From positions 131,868-195,867 of the forward strand of contig CAVTVR010000011.1 of the NCBI GenBank assembly GCA_963738225.1: a stretch of 64,000 nucleotides of DNA, given 5' to 3'. Positions 45,482-57,481 of this stretch are shown here, piece after piece (position 1 is the stretch's first letter; every line of letters starts with the position of its first letter). This stretch comes from an uncultured Verrucomicrobiae bacterium. GTDB taxonomy: Bacteria > Verrucomicrobiota > Verrucomicrobiia > Limisphaerales > UBA11358. The notes under the pieces were generated by a model, which made no database searches, was not told the DNA's origin, and saw nothing but the letters and a program-made list of their open reading frames with translations. The position numbers were made by a program, and so were the translations under genes.

Positions 45482-45970
45482 TTATTTTTTGTGCGGGTCT
45501 TCGCCGCGCAAATGTGCCATGCCTTCGCGGATGGCCGGCGCAAGAATTTCCAGGCACTCGCGCACGGCGGACGGTTTGCCGGGCAAATTGATCATCAAAG
45601 TTTTCCCACGCGTGCCGGCGACCGCCCGTGACAAAATCGCCGTCCGCACTTTGGCAAACGACTGCGCGCGCATGATCTCACCGAAGCCAGGCAGCTCGCG
45701 TTCCAACACCGCCCGTGTCGCTTCCGGCGTCACGTCGCGCGCGGAAATTCCCGTGCCGCCCGTTGTGACAATCAAATCGCATTTCAATTCATCCGTGAAC
45801 TTTTTCAGCGCCGCCGAAATCAAATCCATTTCATCCGGCACAATCGCCGATTCAAATATCGCCGCACCGCCGAGAAATTCTCGTAGCACGTTTTCAATCT
45901 CCGGCCCGCTGCGGTCTTCATAAATCCCCGCGCTCGCGCGGTCGCTGACGGTGATGCGCCCGATTTTCAC
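45482..45970 (-). CDS. mog: Molybdopterin adenylyltransferase MogA/MoaB
   Basis: TVSDR, D.SG, TTGGTG...RDVTPEA, NLPG.P. Confidence 0.92.
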   Translation of the reverse strand: MKIGRITVSDRASAGIYEDRSGPEIENVLREFLGGAAIFESAIVPDEMDLISAALKKFTDELKCDLIVTTGGTGISARDVTPEATRAVLERELPGFGEIMRAQSFAKVRTAILSRAVAGTRGKTLMINLPGKPSAVRECLEILAPAIREGMAHLRGEDPHKK

Positions 45971-46416
45971 AGTTTTATTTTTTCAACGACGCGAATTCCT
46001 TCAATCCGCATCGTCTTGTCCACGGCCTTGCACATATCGTAAAGCGTCAGTGCCGCCACGCTCACGCCGGTCAACGCTTCGAGTTCGACGCCCGTCTGCG
46101 AATTGGTTTCCGCCGCGCAAATAATTTCAATCACATTGCGCCGCACTTTGAAATTGACCTCGACGTGATTCAAACTCAATGGATGGCAAAGCGGAATCAA
46201 TTCGCCCGTCCGCTTGGCCGCCTGGATTCCGGCGATTTGCGCCACCGTCAAAACGTCGCCTTTCGACAGTGCGCTTTTTTTCAACGCGCGGATGGTCGCC
46301 GGCTGGCAAACCAATTTTCCTTCGGCCATCGCCCGCCGCCGCTGAATGGGCTTGTGGCCAACGTTGACCATGCGCGCCGCGCCTACCGCATTGAGATGGG
46401 AAAACTTTTTCTTCAT
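45967..46416 (-). CDS. moaC: cPMP synthase
   Basis: KGDVL, LIPLCHP, TGVELEAL, YDMCKAVD. Confidence 0.95.
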   Translation of the reverse strand: MKKKFSHLNAVGAARMVNVGHKPIQRRRAMAEGKLVCQPATIRALKKSALSKGDVLTVAQIAGIQAAKRTGELIPLCHPLSLNHVEVNFKVRRNVIEIICAAETNSQTGVELEALTGVSVAALTLYDMCKAVDKTMRIEGIRVVEKIKL

Positions 46417-47625
46417 TACGAGTTCAGTATATCTGTTATCGGCAGAAAATCCACCTCCGCGCCCGCATCCAGCGAACCTTGGTTTGCCGGAACCCGGATC
46501 AACGCATCGGTCTCCGCCAGGCACGTCACGTCGCCGGAACTCGACCATTTCAGCGGACGCAACCGCAACTCGCCGTTCAAAAATTCCAGCCGCGCCGGCC
46601 AGAGCGTTTCGCGCTGACACGGCGCGTCGTCCAATTTTTCCACAATTCTGCCGCTCAAAAAAACTGGAGCTTTTTGGCCGATCAGTTTTGCCAGCGCGGT
46701 CGCCACGGCGAAATGAAAACAGGCGAAATGCGAGAGCGGATTGCCCGGCAAACCAAACGCCACGCGGTTTCCATTCACGCCAAAAATCAGCGGACGACCG
46801 GGACGCACGTTGACCTGTGAAAAAACAATTTCAAAACCGAGCCATTCGAGCAGTTGTCGCGTGAAATCTTTTTCGCCCACGCTCGCGCCGCCGGAAACCA
46901 GCAAAAGGTTGAAGGTTGAAGGTTGAAGGCTGAATTTTTCAATCTGCCGTTTTGCCGCTTCAAAATTTTCCGGCAAATGCGCCTGCTCCAAATCGCAGGA
47001 AAACTTTTGCAAAAGACCTCGAATCAAAATGGAATTGCTGTCGCGGATTTGTCCCGGCTGCGGAGTTTGATTTGGCGGAACTATTTCGTCGCCGGTTGTG
47101 AAATGCGCCACGCGCAAGCGCGGACTGACGAGCGGCTGCGAGCAACCCGCCGTCGCCAGCAATGCCAGCCTGCCTGCGTCCAGCCGCGTGCCCGGTTGCA
47201 GGATCGGCTGTCCCGCTTTCACGTCTTCACCGCGTTTTCGGAAATTCAATCCGGCTTCGCGTTTTTTGATACGGATTTGGCTGCCGTTCCGTTCCACATT
47301 TTCCTGCATCACCACGCGCACACCATCGCACGGCAGCGCCGCGCCGGTCGCCACGCGCACCGCTTCGCCAGGCTGAAGCTGGCGCGGTTTCCAATCCGCC
47401 GCGTGAATCGTGTCCACAATCTGAAAAATTTCCGCCGGATCGTTCTGCAAAATCGCGAAGCCGTCGCGCGTGGAGCGATCATCTGCCGGCAAATCTTCCG
47501 GCGCGCAAACTGTCTCGCGCAAGACGCGGCCAAAAGATTCTTCCAGTGGGGCGCGCACCGGCAGCAACGGCTGGCAACGTGAACTGATTTCTGAAATCGC
47601 TTCGTCAAGTGAGCGCAGAATGTTT
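46416..47625 (-). CDS. moeA: Molybdopterin molybdotransferase (start unclear; possibly fused to MoaE)
   Basis: S..DGFA, TGA.LP, TGDEI, DSN, SGGASVG..D, FGLPGNP. Confidence 0.9.
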
Positions 47626-48084
47626 GGCGTGTCCGCCGCTTCGGCCGCGTTCGGACTGTCCCGCAATTTGCGGAGCAGAATTAGAAACCGGCAACGCGCG
47701 CCGTTTCCAGATCGGCACGTCGCGTTTGAGCTGTCCATGAAATCCGCCAGCAGGGCAATGCGCTTCGCCGCGATGCCGTCCGGCCACGCCGACATAAATT
47801 GCCGCTTCACCCACGGGAATAATTCCCACACGATGAATCACCCGTGCCGCCAGACACGGATGTTTTGCGGCGAGCGATTCAAGCAGCCGCCGGATTTCGC
47901 GTTCGGCCATTTCCGGGTAGGCTTCATATTGAGCGCGGTAATGTCCTGGCCGTTTTCCTCGCCGCGCACGACGCCGCGAAATTCCAGCCACGCGCCATGC
48001 GCGGTCTTTGCAGACGGCCAAAATTGGCGGCGGAGAATATTTTTCCGCGATGGGCAAGCCGGTGAGTTGAATTTCAATTTCCAT
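47626..48084 (-). CDS. moaE: Molybdopterin synthase catalytic subunit (frameshifted)
   Basis: F.GVVR, YEAY.EMA, HRVG, HR.E, LK.DVPIWK. Confidence 0.88.
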
Positions 48085-48096
48085 GTGAAAATATTT

Positions 48097-48336
48097 TCAC
48101 CCGCCGGACACTGGCGGAATCAACGCCACTTCATCGGCGTTCGTGAATTGTGTTTCCGCGCCGGCATATTCCCAGTTCCGCGCAAGCCGGACAGTTGTTT
48201 TATGGTTTGCCAGCGCGGGAAATTTTTCGATCAGAACTTTCCAAAGCTGTTCGCCGTTTAGCGGCGACCCCAACACGAGTTCCAAATCGGCGCAGCCGGT
48301 CGCATCCTTGAGTTGGGCGAAAAATAAAACGCGCAT
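48097..48336 (-). CDS. moaD: Molybdopterin synthase sulfur carrier
   Basis: VLFFA...DEVALIPPVSGG. Confidence 0.95.
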   Translation of the reverse strand: MRVLFFAQLKDATGCADLELVLGSPLNGEQLWKVLIEKFPALANHKTTVRLARNWEYAGAETQFTNADEVALIPPVSGG

Positions 48337-48349
48337 GGCAGATTAAAAT

Positions 48350-48907
48350 CTATGCGGCAGGTGAATTCAAGTTTCGGAACAGCCGCGCGAAGGCGTCGGG
48401 AAAATCATTGAACTCGGCCAGTTCCGCCGCCACGCAGGCGCTGGCGAAATCGCGGGCGGCCAATCTGCCTTCTCGCAGCATCGTCGCGGCGATTGCCGCC
48501 GCGGTCTGCGGATAAAGCGCCGCCAGCGGCTCGACACATCCGTTGACGCGCGGGACGCCGCCCTTTCCCGCGGCTGCGGCCATCGGCAGGCCGCGCAGGA
48601 ACATCGCGTTCATCGCCGGCAAATCCACCGCCACCACGAGCAGCAATGGATGAATTGTGACAGCCAGCGCCGCTTCGATGCCCGCCAGCGGACCGGCATC
48701 GCGAAAATTGTCTTTTAACACACGGCAGCCAAACGCCGAATAATCCGCGTCCGCGCGACCGGAAATCAAAATCTCCGTCGCCCCGGCGGCGCGGACGGTT
48801 TCAATTTGCCGAGCGAGCAAAGTCTGTCCACCGATTGCCAGAAACGCCTTGTCGCGGCCCATTCGCGAGGATTTTCCACCGGCGAGAATGACGGCGCTGA
48901 AATTCAT
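48350..48907 (-). CDS. mobA: Molybdenum cofactor guanylyltransferase
   Basis: ILAGGKSSRMGRDKA, GPLAGI, VDLP, NLNSP. Confidence 0.93.
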   Translation of the reverse strand: MNFSAVILAGGKSSRMGRDKAFLAIGGQTLLARQIETVRAAGATEILISGRADADYSAFGCRVLKDNFRDAGPLAGIEAALAVTIHPLLLVVAVDLPAMNAMFLRGLPMAAAAGKGGVPRVNGCVEPLAALYPQTAAAIAATMLREGRLAARDFASACVAAELAEFNDFPDAFARLFRNLNSPAA

Positions 48908-49362
48908 AAGTCCACGCGGAGTTTTCCGCCGGTCAAAATCCGGGCGCGCAGTCCGCCACGGCCCTGTAGCGCCGCTTCCGCGCCGGGCGCGATGGCGGCG
49001 TCCATCCAGTAACACGGACTGCATTCGCAGACGCCTTCAAACTCCACGCCTTGCAAAATAAATTTTTCGCCGATGAGTAAATTCAAATCCCCGCCTGCCG
49101 TGATGATATTGCGTCGCGTCACGCCGGGCGACTTGCCGGTCGCGCCAAGCTGACGGCAGATTTCCTCAAACACCTCGCTGGAGAAAAATGTGATCTGCCC
49201 CTTGTAATTTTCTTTGAAGCCAAAAAAACGGTCGCCGACCAGCCCGCTGCCTGCGACGCATTCCACTTCGCCGACCTCTACCAGTGGATTTTCGCCGGCG
49301 GGCTGGCCGTGATGGCCGAAAAAATTGTGGCCGGGCGAGATGAACAGTTGGCGGACTTTCAT
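48904..49362 (-). CDS. MOSC-domain protein
   Basis: GLVGDRF, RRNI, CSPC.WMD, GRGGLRARIL. Confidence 0.88.
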   Translation of the reverse strand: MKVRQLFISPGHNFFGHHGQPAGENPLVEVGEVECVAGSGLVGDRFFGFKENYKGQITFFSSEVFEEICRQLGATGKSPGVTRRNIITAGGDLNLLIGEKFILQGVEFEGVCECSPCYWMDAAIAPGAEAALQGRGGLRARILTGGKLRVDL

Positions 49363-49378
49363 GCGCGAAAACGGCGGC

Positions 49379-51660
49379 TCAAGTTTCCTGATCCAAAAGC
49401 AGCTGGCTGATAAATTCCCTTTGCGCCGGCGTGAACGGCGCGTTTTCCGGGATCCGCCGGCCGCGCGGCTGCACCTGCGCCATATAGCGCAGCAGATAAT
49501 TTTTCTGCTCGGCGGAAAAGTTTTCCGGCATCCCGGCGGCGACCTTGCTCAATGCGACGGCGGAAAATTTGAACTCCGGCTGCAACGAGATCTCGTCCAC
49601 GGCCTCGGTGGTCGTGGCGTTGACGCACAAATTTTCGCCGAACAGATCGTTCCAGTGGATCGGCGCGAAACATTCGCCGGGGCGGACGCGCGTTGTCACC
49701 GCCGCCGGATAAATCGCGAAACCGCGGCGCGAAGCGACCTTGACCAGCGCGCCCTGAAGCACGCCGAGTTGCGTCGCGTCGTCGGGATGGATTTCGAGGA
49801 ACGCGCCGGGATTGAGTTTGTTGAGCGAGGCAACCTTGCCGGTTTTCGTGAGCGTGTGCCACTGGTGCTCCAATCGGCCGTTGGTCAGGATGAACGGAAA
49901 GTCCGCGTCCGGCTGTTCCGCCGGCGGCAGGAATGGCCGCGCCAGCAAATGCGCACGGCCGCTTTCTGTCGGAAACCGGATCGAATTTTCCGCCGTCAAA
50001 TAGCGGATGGCTTTGCCGATTTCAGCTTCCGGCGCGCACGGCCATTGATGCGAACATTCGCGCAGTTTTGCGTGATACATGCCGCGCAAATCGTAGCCGG
50101 TTTGTGAATTCCACGTTTGGCGGATCTCATCAAACACCTCGCCGGCATTCGCGTAAGTGAAATTTCTTCCAAAACCCATTCGCTGCGCGATCTGCGCGAT
50201 AATCTGCCAGTCGGCGCGCGTTTCGCCGGGCGGCGCGACGGCGCGCTGACATGAACGTGACGCGTGCGCTCGGAGTTCACCATCGTGCCTTCGGCCTCTG
50301 CCCAGAGCGCGCCCGGCAGCAAAATGTCCGCGTAGCGCGAAGTTTCCGTGGGATGAAACGCGTCCTGCACAATGACGAGTTCCGCACGCTGCAAACCGTC
50401 GATCACGCGGCTGCGGTTCGGCATCGAGGCGACGGGATTGGTGCCGATGATCCAAACCGCCTTGACCTCGCCGGCCTCCAACTTTTTGAAAAGCGCGACA
50501 GCATCGAGTCCTGGCTTCGGCGAAATGGTTCCCGCCGGCACGCTCCAAATTTTCTCCACGGCGGCGCGGTCGTCCGCGTCCGTCACCGCGCGCTGGCCGG
50601 GCAGCGTGTGGCTCAAGTAGCCGACTTCGCGTCCGCCCATCGCGTTCGGCTGGCCGGTGAGCGAAAACGGCCCGCTGCCCGGACGGCAAATTTTTCCGGT
50701 CGCCAGATGCAGGTTGCAAATGGCGTTCGTCTGCCAGGTGCCATGCGTGCTCTGGTTCAGTCCCATCGTCCAAAACGTCGTGAACTCCGGCGACTCGCCA
50801 ATCCATTTTGCCGCGAGACAAATATCTTCCTCGCGCAAGCCGGTCAGATGCGAGACGTGTTCCGGCGGATAATCTTTCAGCAGTTCGCGCAGTTCATCCC
50901 AGCCGTCGGTGTGGCGCAAAATGAAGTTTTCGTCAATGTTTCTGGCCTTTTCGAGCAGATGCAAAATGCCGTTCAGCAACGCCAGGTCGGTGCCGGGCTT
51001 GGTCTGCAAAAACAAATCCGCCTTGTCCGCCGTCGGCGTGCGGCGCGGGTCCACGACGATGATCTTGGCTCCGCTCTTTTTGCGCCGGTCGAGCAGGCGC
51101 AGAAATAAAATCGGATGGCACTCGGCCATGTTCGCGCCGATGACGAGCGCGCAGTCGAGCCGGTCAATGTCCTGATACGAACCGGGCGGGCCGTCCGCGC
51201 CGAGCGAAAGTTTGTAGCCGCTGGCCGCGCTCGACATGCAGAGGCGCGAATTGGAATCAATGTTGTTCGTGCGCAGAAATCCCTTGGCCAGCTTGCCGGC
51301 GAGATACTGCGTTTCCATGGACAACTGGCCGGAAACATACAGCGCCACCGCGTCCGGCCCGTGGTCGGAAATTATTTTTTGCAATCGCGACGCAGTTTGC
51401 GCAAGCGCGTCGTCCATCGGCAGCGGCTGAAGTTTTTTCGCGCGGGAATTTCGCACGAAGGCGGAAGCCAGCCGGTCCGGCGCGGTCAGCGGCTCGGCGC
51501 AGGTGAAACCCTTGCTGCAAAGCCGGCCGAAATTCGCGGGATGATTTTTGTCGCCGGTGACTTTGGCGACGCGGCCGTTTTCCACCTGCATGACAATGCC
51601 GCAACCCACGCCGCAATACGGGCAGACGGAGCGGACATTTTGCAGGGCGGCTTCAGGCAT
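49379..51660 (-). CDS. nasA: Assimilatory nitrate reductase catalytic subunit (frameshift ~50250)
   Basis: CPYCGVGCG..C, NSRLCMSSA, SLTGQPNAMGGREVG, QWHT.TKTG, QPEFK. Confidence 0.93.
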
Positions 51661-53360
51661 CGGCCTCCATTGAAAACCAAGTTTGCAGCGCGTTCAAGTC
51701 ATGGCGCATGGAAAATTGCTGGAACGACTCGCGTCCGGCGCGGTGCTTGAGATACACGCGGAGCAGTTTTTCAATCATTCCCGGCAATTCGCCCACGCTC
51801 ACGCCGGAAAAAATCTGCCGGCCCACCGCCTGGTTTTTGCCGAAGCCGCCGCCGACGAAAACATGATAGCCGTCCTCGCCGCCAACTTTCGTGCCGAGCA
51901 AGCCGATGTCGCCCATGTAATGCTGCGCGCAGGAATTCGGGCAGCCGGTGACGTGGATGTTCACCGGCTGGTCGAGCTCCAGTTTTTTTTCGAGATGCTT
52001 GATGAGCGCCAGCGCGTGGCCTTGGTGTTCGACTGCGCAAATTTGCAATACGAATTGCCCGTGCAGGCGATGACGCCGCTGGCGACGTTAGATTGCTTCG
52101 CTGGCGAGCCCCGTTTTTTCCAAAGCGCGTTTCAGCGTTGTCACAAACGCGTCCGGCACATTTGGAATGATAAAATTTTGCCAGACGGTCAGCCGGATTT
52201 CGCCGCTGCCATAAAGATCGGCCAGTTCCGCGAGCCGCAGCATCTGCTTCGGCGTGATTTGGCCGACCGGACAGGCCGCGCCGACGTAATTCAAGCCGCG
52301 CTGTTTCTGCGGAAAATCGCCGACGTGCGAATGCGGCAGTTCGTGGCTGGCCCAGCGCATCTGCGCCGGATCATAAGGCGCGCGACGCAGCGGTGCGCCG
52401 AGCTTTTTTTCGACGAGCGCGAGGTATTCATCGAGCGGACATCGTTTTCGAGCAGATGCTTGAGCCGCGCTTTCTTGCGGTCGGTGCGGCAGCCGCTGTT
52501 CGATGTAAACGCGCACAATGGCGACGATGACCTTGTTGATTTCAGTCGGCGGAACGACGACGCCGAAGTCGTGCGCAAACGCCTTGTGGCCGGTCGCGCC
52601 GCCGAGCGCGATGCGGAACAGAATTTCTTCGCCCTGACTTTCACCGCTTTCACGCCGATGTCGTTCGTGTCCTCGACCGTACCGATCAGGCCGCCGCCGT
52701 CGTAGGCGATGTTGAACTTGCGCGGCAGATCGTAAAACGAGCGGTCGTTGATGATGATTTGCGCGAGTCGACTGGCACGAACGGCATGCACGTTAATCAA
52801 TTCCACCGGGTCAATGCCCGCCGTGGGATTCATCGTGAGATTGCGGATGTTGTCCGCGCCCGCGCCGCGCGTGTGCAGGCCGACGCCCTGGATGCGGCGC
52901 AGAAATTCCGGCGCGTCCTTCGGCTGGATGAGCCGCATCTGGAAATTGGCGCGCGTCGTGATCTGCACATAGCCGCTCGTCAGTTCCTGCGCGATGCGCG
53001 CGAGTTCGCGAAGCTGGAACGTCGTCACCACGCCGCCGGGAATCCGCAGCCGCGCCATGAACGCGTCTTTCATCGGCGTGAGAAAAAACAGGCCGTTCCA
53101 CTTGAAACGGAAAATGTCCTCCTTGTCCGGCGCCTTGTTGCTGACGGCGTTTTCGACGAATCTGTCCGTAGGCGTCGAGCGGATGCAACTCGCGCTTGAC
53201 GCGTTCTTCGGCGATCAATTCCTCCTGCGCCGGCGGCGGTTCGACGTCGGCGAACGATTTCCCGCGCGCGGCGGCGCCGGCGAACAGGCCGGACAAATAT
53301 TCCTTTTGCTCCGGTGTGAAACCGGCGACGGCGATTGGTTCTGGCAATAGTTGAATTCAT
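51653..53360 (-). CDS. nirA: Siroheme nitrite reductase, NirA family (several frameshifts)
   Basis: FRFKWNGLF, RLRIPGG, TTRANFQ, GADNIRN, LPRKFNIA, ACTG..C, TGCPNSCAQH. Confidence 0.9.
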
Positions 53361-55125
53361 TCAATAAACATCGCGCTGATAGCGCTTGTCGGATTTCAAT
53401 TTCTCGACGTAAGCCTTCGCCTCGTCCACGCGTTTTGCCACCGGCCGTTTCAATCGATCTTGTGCAGCGCGGCGTCCACGTCTTTCGCCATGCGGCTGGC
53501 GTCGCCGCAGACGTAAAAATGCCCGCCGGCTTCGAGCCACGACCACAGCTCGGCGGCGTTTTCAAGCATCCGGTTCTGGACATAAACTTTCTCCGCCTGG
53601 TCGCGCGAAAACGCCAGATCCAGCCGCGTGAGAAAACCAGATTTGTGCCACGCGGTCAGTTGTTCCTCGTAAAGAAAATCTGCCGCGCGTTTCTGGTCGC
53701 CGAAGAACAGCCAGTTTTTTCCTTTCGCGCCGGCCGCCTCGCGTTCCTCGAGAAACGCGCGGAATGGCGCGATGCCCGTGCCGGGGCCGACCATGATCAT
53801 CGGCATGTCGCCGCTGGCCGGCGGGCGGAAACCGTGTGAGGGATTCACAAAGATTTTCACGATGCTCACCCGCACGGTCGGCGAGGAACGTCGAAGCCAC
53901 GCCTTTGCGGCCGCGGCCGTGGCTTTCGTAACGCACGGCGCTGACGGTCAGATGCACTTCGCCGGGATGCGCCTTGGGCGACGAAGAAATGGAGTAGAGG
54001 CGCGGCGATAATTTTCGCAGCAGCGGCAACAGTTCGGCGACCGAAATGATTTTTGGCGCGAGCAGCAACACGTCCAGCACATCGCGACCGTGGAGCCATT
54101 TTTTCAAATCGTCGGCTTTGTTCCGGCGCGAGCAGCGGCGCAAGCTCGCTGGCGGGCGCGCGTCTGGCAATTTCCGCAAGCAGTTCCGCCGTCGGTTTGC
54201 CCAGCTCGAAGTTTTGCGCCAGCGCCAAACGCAGCGGCAGCACGGAATTTTCCAACACCACCGGCTCGTCGCCGGTCGCACCGAGCGCAGCGAGAACTTC
54301 GGTGACCAGCGCGTCGCAGTTTTCCGGCATCACGCCCAGCGCGTCGCCGACTTCGTAAGCGAGGCCGCTGCCGCCGAGGGCGATTTCGTAATGGCGGACT
54401 TCCTTGGCCGAACCATCGCGGTTAAGCGCGAGGTTTTTCAATAGCCGCGCCGGAAACGGATGCGACTTGCTGAAGGCAGGCGCGGGTCTTTTTTCGTCGT
54501 CGGAAACTGCGGGCGGCGCTGGATGACTTCCATTTTTTGATGCGCCGTTCGTGCTGCCGCCCAATTTTTCCCAAAGCCCATCCATCCAGTTTTTTGCGGC
54601 GGTTTCGTAATCCGTGTCGCATTCGCCACGCGGAGCCAATCGTTTCGCGCCGAGGGCTTCGAGGCGCGAATCAAATTTTTTCGAGGCGCCGCAGAAGTCG
54701 GAATAATTTTTGTCGCCGAGGCCGAGCACGGCGAAGTTCAGGTTTTCCAGGCGCGGCGCGGAATCGGCCTTAAGCCAGTTCCAGAATTTCACCGCGTTGT
54801 CCGGCGGTTCGCCGTCGCCCCAGGTGCTGGAGATGATGACGGCTTTGCCGGCGGCGGCAAGGTTGGCCTGCTCGTAATCGTTCAACGGCAGAATTTTTGG
54901 CGCGAAGCCGCGCAACTCCGATTCCTTCGCCACTTTTTTGGCGAGGCCTTCGGCGGAACCGGTTTGCGAGCCGAACAAAACCAGCAGCGGCTCGGTGTTT
55001 TTCGGCGCCGCCGGAACGGCTTCAACCGGCGCGGACGAATGCAGGCCGGCGAGAAAACCGTTGAGCCACGCGCGCTGTTCCGGCGTGAAGGGCGCGGATT
55101 CGGGGATGAACGGAACGCGGTTCAT
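53361..55125 (-). CDS. CysJ-like diflavin (FMN/FAD) NADPH reductase (frameshifted)
   Basis: [52 protein letters not shown]. Confidence 0.92.
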
Positions 55126-55228
55126 TCAACAATCAATAAAGCGGTGTGCGCCCCACCTCGCGATGGGGCGCGGCGACGGGAGGAACCGCATCGCCCGGTT
55201 GTCTGATCTTGTGACTGGCAGCACATGG

Positions 55229-56638
55229 TCAGAAATTGAATTCCACTTGCGCCCAGAATTTCTGGAGGTCCACTTTGGCGACGGCGAGCGACGGGGCGGC
55301 GGCATTTTCGCCGTCGTAGTAGGCGTATTTGAGCATCGCTGTCCAGTGCTTGCCGAATTTTTTGGAAACAACCACGTCAAATTCCTGGCCGTAATCGCCG
55401 CCGCCGTAATCCGCATCGTATTTGTGATACACAAACCGCAGTGGAATCTGCGCCGGCAATGTCACCTGCGCGTAGGCGTAAAAATCCTGCAAGCCGTTGG
55501 CGGGCGTGGCGAGGAACACGTCGTCCCAGCCGTTGAAGGCGTGGAGCGTGGCCAGCGGCGTGCGGAAGGCAGACCGGGGCCCGGCGGGAGCAGCATCGTT
55601 CACGGCGCTGCCGAGATCTTCGTAGCCCGCGCCTAAGGCAAACGGTTTGACACTGACGCCGGCTTCGAGGTTGTAGTATTCCGTGCCGTATTTTTGGGTG
55701 TTGTTGCCATAGTCGGTTTGCCAGGCGAACTCCGCGCGGTAATCCACCGACACTTTGTCACTCACCTTGGCCGCGCCGGCAAAATAGCCGCCGTAAGTGG
55801 CGCAGGAATTAGCATCTCCAGCCGCGGCGTTGTGCAAATCCAGCAAATAGGTGTAGCCCACAAATCGCCCGTATTTCCAGCCGGAATACGAAACATTGAT
55901 CAAATGCGAATCGGAATCAAAATCCTGGTTCGCGGCGGGCAGACCGGACACATTGCCGAAAACGCGATGCACGTCCCAAAGATAACCGTAATACAAATTA
56001 AAATTCTTGATCGGCTCGCTGCCGACCGTCACGGCATCATACGTTTGCATGTTCTGCCGCCAGCCGACATCGCCGACGAAACGCTGATTGTCGAGGTTGA
56101 TTTGCTGCTCGCCCACTTTGGCCGAAACCCATTTTTCATAAGTGTAGCCGGCCCAGGCTTGATCCAGTTTGGTCATCGGCGGATCGGCCACGACCGGACG
56201 CGCGCCCTGGCCGTTGGAACCGGCGGCGTTGTAATTATGCTCCGGTCCGATCTCGGAAACATTCACGCCCTCGACCATCGCCTGAAAACCGTAGAGCGGC
56301 GCGGTGGTGAAACCCAGCCGCGTGCGGATGGTCGGCGCAAAGGAATCCTTTTTCAGATTGCTCTGATCCACCTGCTCGTAACGGGCGCGGACGTTGAGAT
56401 TCAATTTCCCGTCGGCAAGCGCGGCGGGGATTTTGCCATTGAAAAAACTTTCGACGGCGTTGGTGGACGCAACCGCGGGAGTGGCAGCCGCCGGTTTGGC
56501 CGATGGCAGCGGCGGCTGTGCCGTGCCGGCTTGCATGAACGGTTTTTGTTGTGCGAAGACCGAAGCGGTGGCGGCGAGGACAACGGCGCCGCCGGCAAGG
56601 ATTTGTTTGGGATGTGGGTTGGTATTTTTTTGTTTCAT
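55229..56638 (-). CDS. Alginate-export-family outer-membrane beta-barrel
   Basis: Signal peptide, R.RYE, QINLDNQRFVG.VGWRQN.QTYD, TPLATLHAFNGW.D, C-terminal F. Confidence 0.85.
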   Translation of the reverse strand: MKQKNTNPHPKQILAGGAVVLAATASVFAQQKPFMQAGTAQPPLPSAKPAAATPAVASTNAVESFFNGKIPAALADGKLNLNVRARYEQVDQSNLKKDSFAPTIRTRLGFTTAPLYGFQAMVEGVNVSEIGPEHNYNAAGSNGQGARPVVADPPMTKLDQAWAGYTYEKWVSAKVGEQQINLDNQRFVGDVGWRQNMQTYDAVTVGSEPIKNFNLYYGYLWDVHRVFGNVSGLPAANQDFDSDSHLINVSYSGWKYGRFVGYTYLLDLHNAAAGDANSCATYGGYFAGAAKVSDKVSVDYRAEFAWQTDYGNNTQKYGTEYYNLEAGVSVKPFALGAGYEDLGSAVNDAAPAGPRSAFRTPLATLHAFNGWDDVFLATPANGLQDFYAYAQVTLPAQIPLRFVYHKYDADYGGGDYGQEFDVVVSKKFGKHWTAMLKYAYYDGENAAAPSLAVAKVDLQKFWAQVEFNF

Positions 56639-56671
56639 TTTGGTTTGGTTTTTTCGGGCAAAAATGGCCGC

Positions 56672-57481
56672 TCAGTTCAAAGCGGCCAAAAGTGATTGTT
56701 TTTTGTGGTGCGCGCGTTCCTCGAGGAACGTGATTAAATGTTCACGGCAGCGATAGTATTCCGAATCTTCCAGCAGCGCGGTGCGGTTGCGGGGACGCGG
56801 GAAAGTGACGTTCAACACGTCGCCGACTTCGGCGGCGGGGCCGTTGGTCATCATCACCACGCGGTCGGAAAGGAAAATCGCCTCATCCACATCGTGTGTG
56901 ACCATGAGCGCGGTGAGCTGCGTGCGGCCCCAGACTTCAAGCAGGACTTGCTGGAGTTCGATGCGTGTCAGCGCGTCGAGCATTCCGAACGGCTCGTCGA
57001 GCAACAGCATTTTCGGCTTGAGCGCGAACGCGCGGGCGATGCCGACGCGCTGCTTCATACCCTGGCTCAATTCCTTCGCGCGCTTGTGCATGGAGTCACC
57101 GAGGCCGACGACCGTGAGATAATACTCGGCAATTTCGCGGCGCTCCGCGCGGCTGCCGGTGAAAAAAACTTGATCCACGCCGAGCATGACGTTTTCAAAT
57201 GCCGTCAGCCACGGCAGCAGACACGGCGATTGGAAAACCACGCCGCGATCCGGTCCCGGCCCGGAAAGTTCCTTGCCGGCGAGAATGATGACGCCGTCGG
57301 AAATGTCGCTCAAGCCCGCGAGCATCGAAAGCACGGTGCTTTTGCCGCAGCCCGAATGGCCGATGAGCGTGACAAATTCGCCCTTCTTGATGTGCAAATT
57401 GAAATCCTTGACGATGACCGCCTGGCCTTTGGGCGTCGGATAAATCTTCGACAGGTTGGAAAGCTCAACGTAGTCGCTCAT
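56672..57481 (-). CDS. nrtD: Nitrate ABC transporter ATPase
   Basis: [26 protein letters not shown]. Confidence 0.9.
   Translation of the reverse strand: MSDYVELSNLSKIYPTPKGQAVIVKDFNLHIKKGEFVTLIGHSGCGKSTVLSMLAGLSDISDGVIILAGKELSGPGPDRGVVFQSPCLLPWLTAFENVMLGVDQVFFTGSRAERREIAEYYLTVVGLGDSMHKRAKELSQGMKQRVGIARAFALKPKMLLLDEPFGMLDALTRIELQQVLLEVWGRTQLTALMVTHDVDEAIFLSDRVVMMTNGPAAEVGDVLNVTFPRPRNRTALLEDSEYYRCREHLITFLEERAHHKKQSLLAALN

Noticed and set aside
55149-55172. GCGCCCCA-N8-TGGGGCGC hairpin as a terminator
   Set aside because: There is no U-tract in the operon direction. It is more likely a repeat remnant or an mRNA-stabilising stem.
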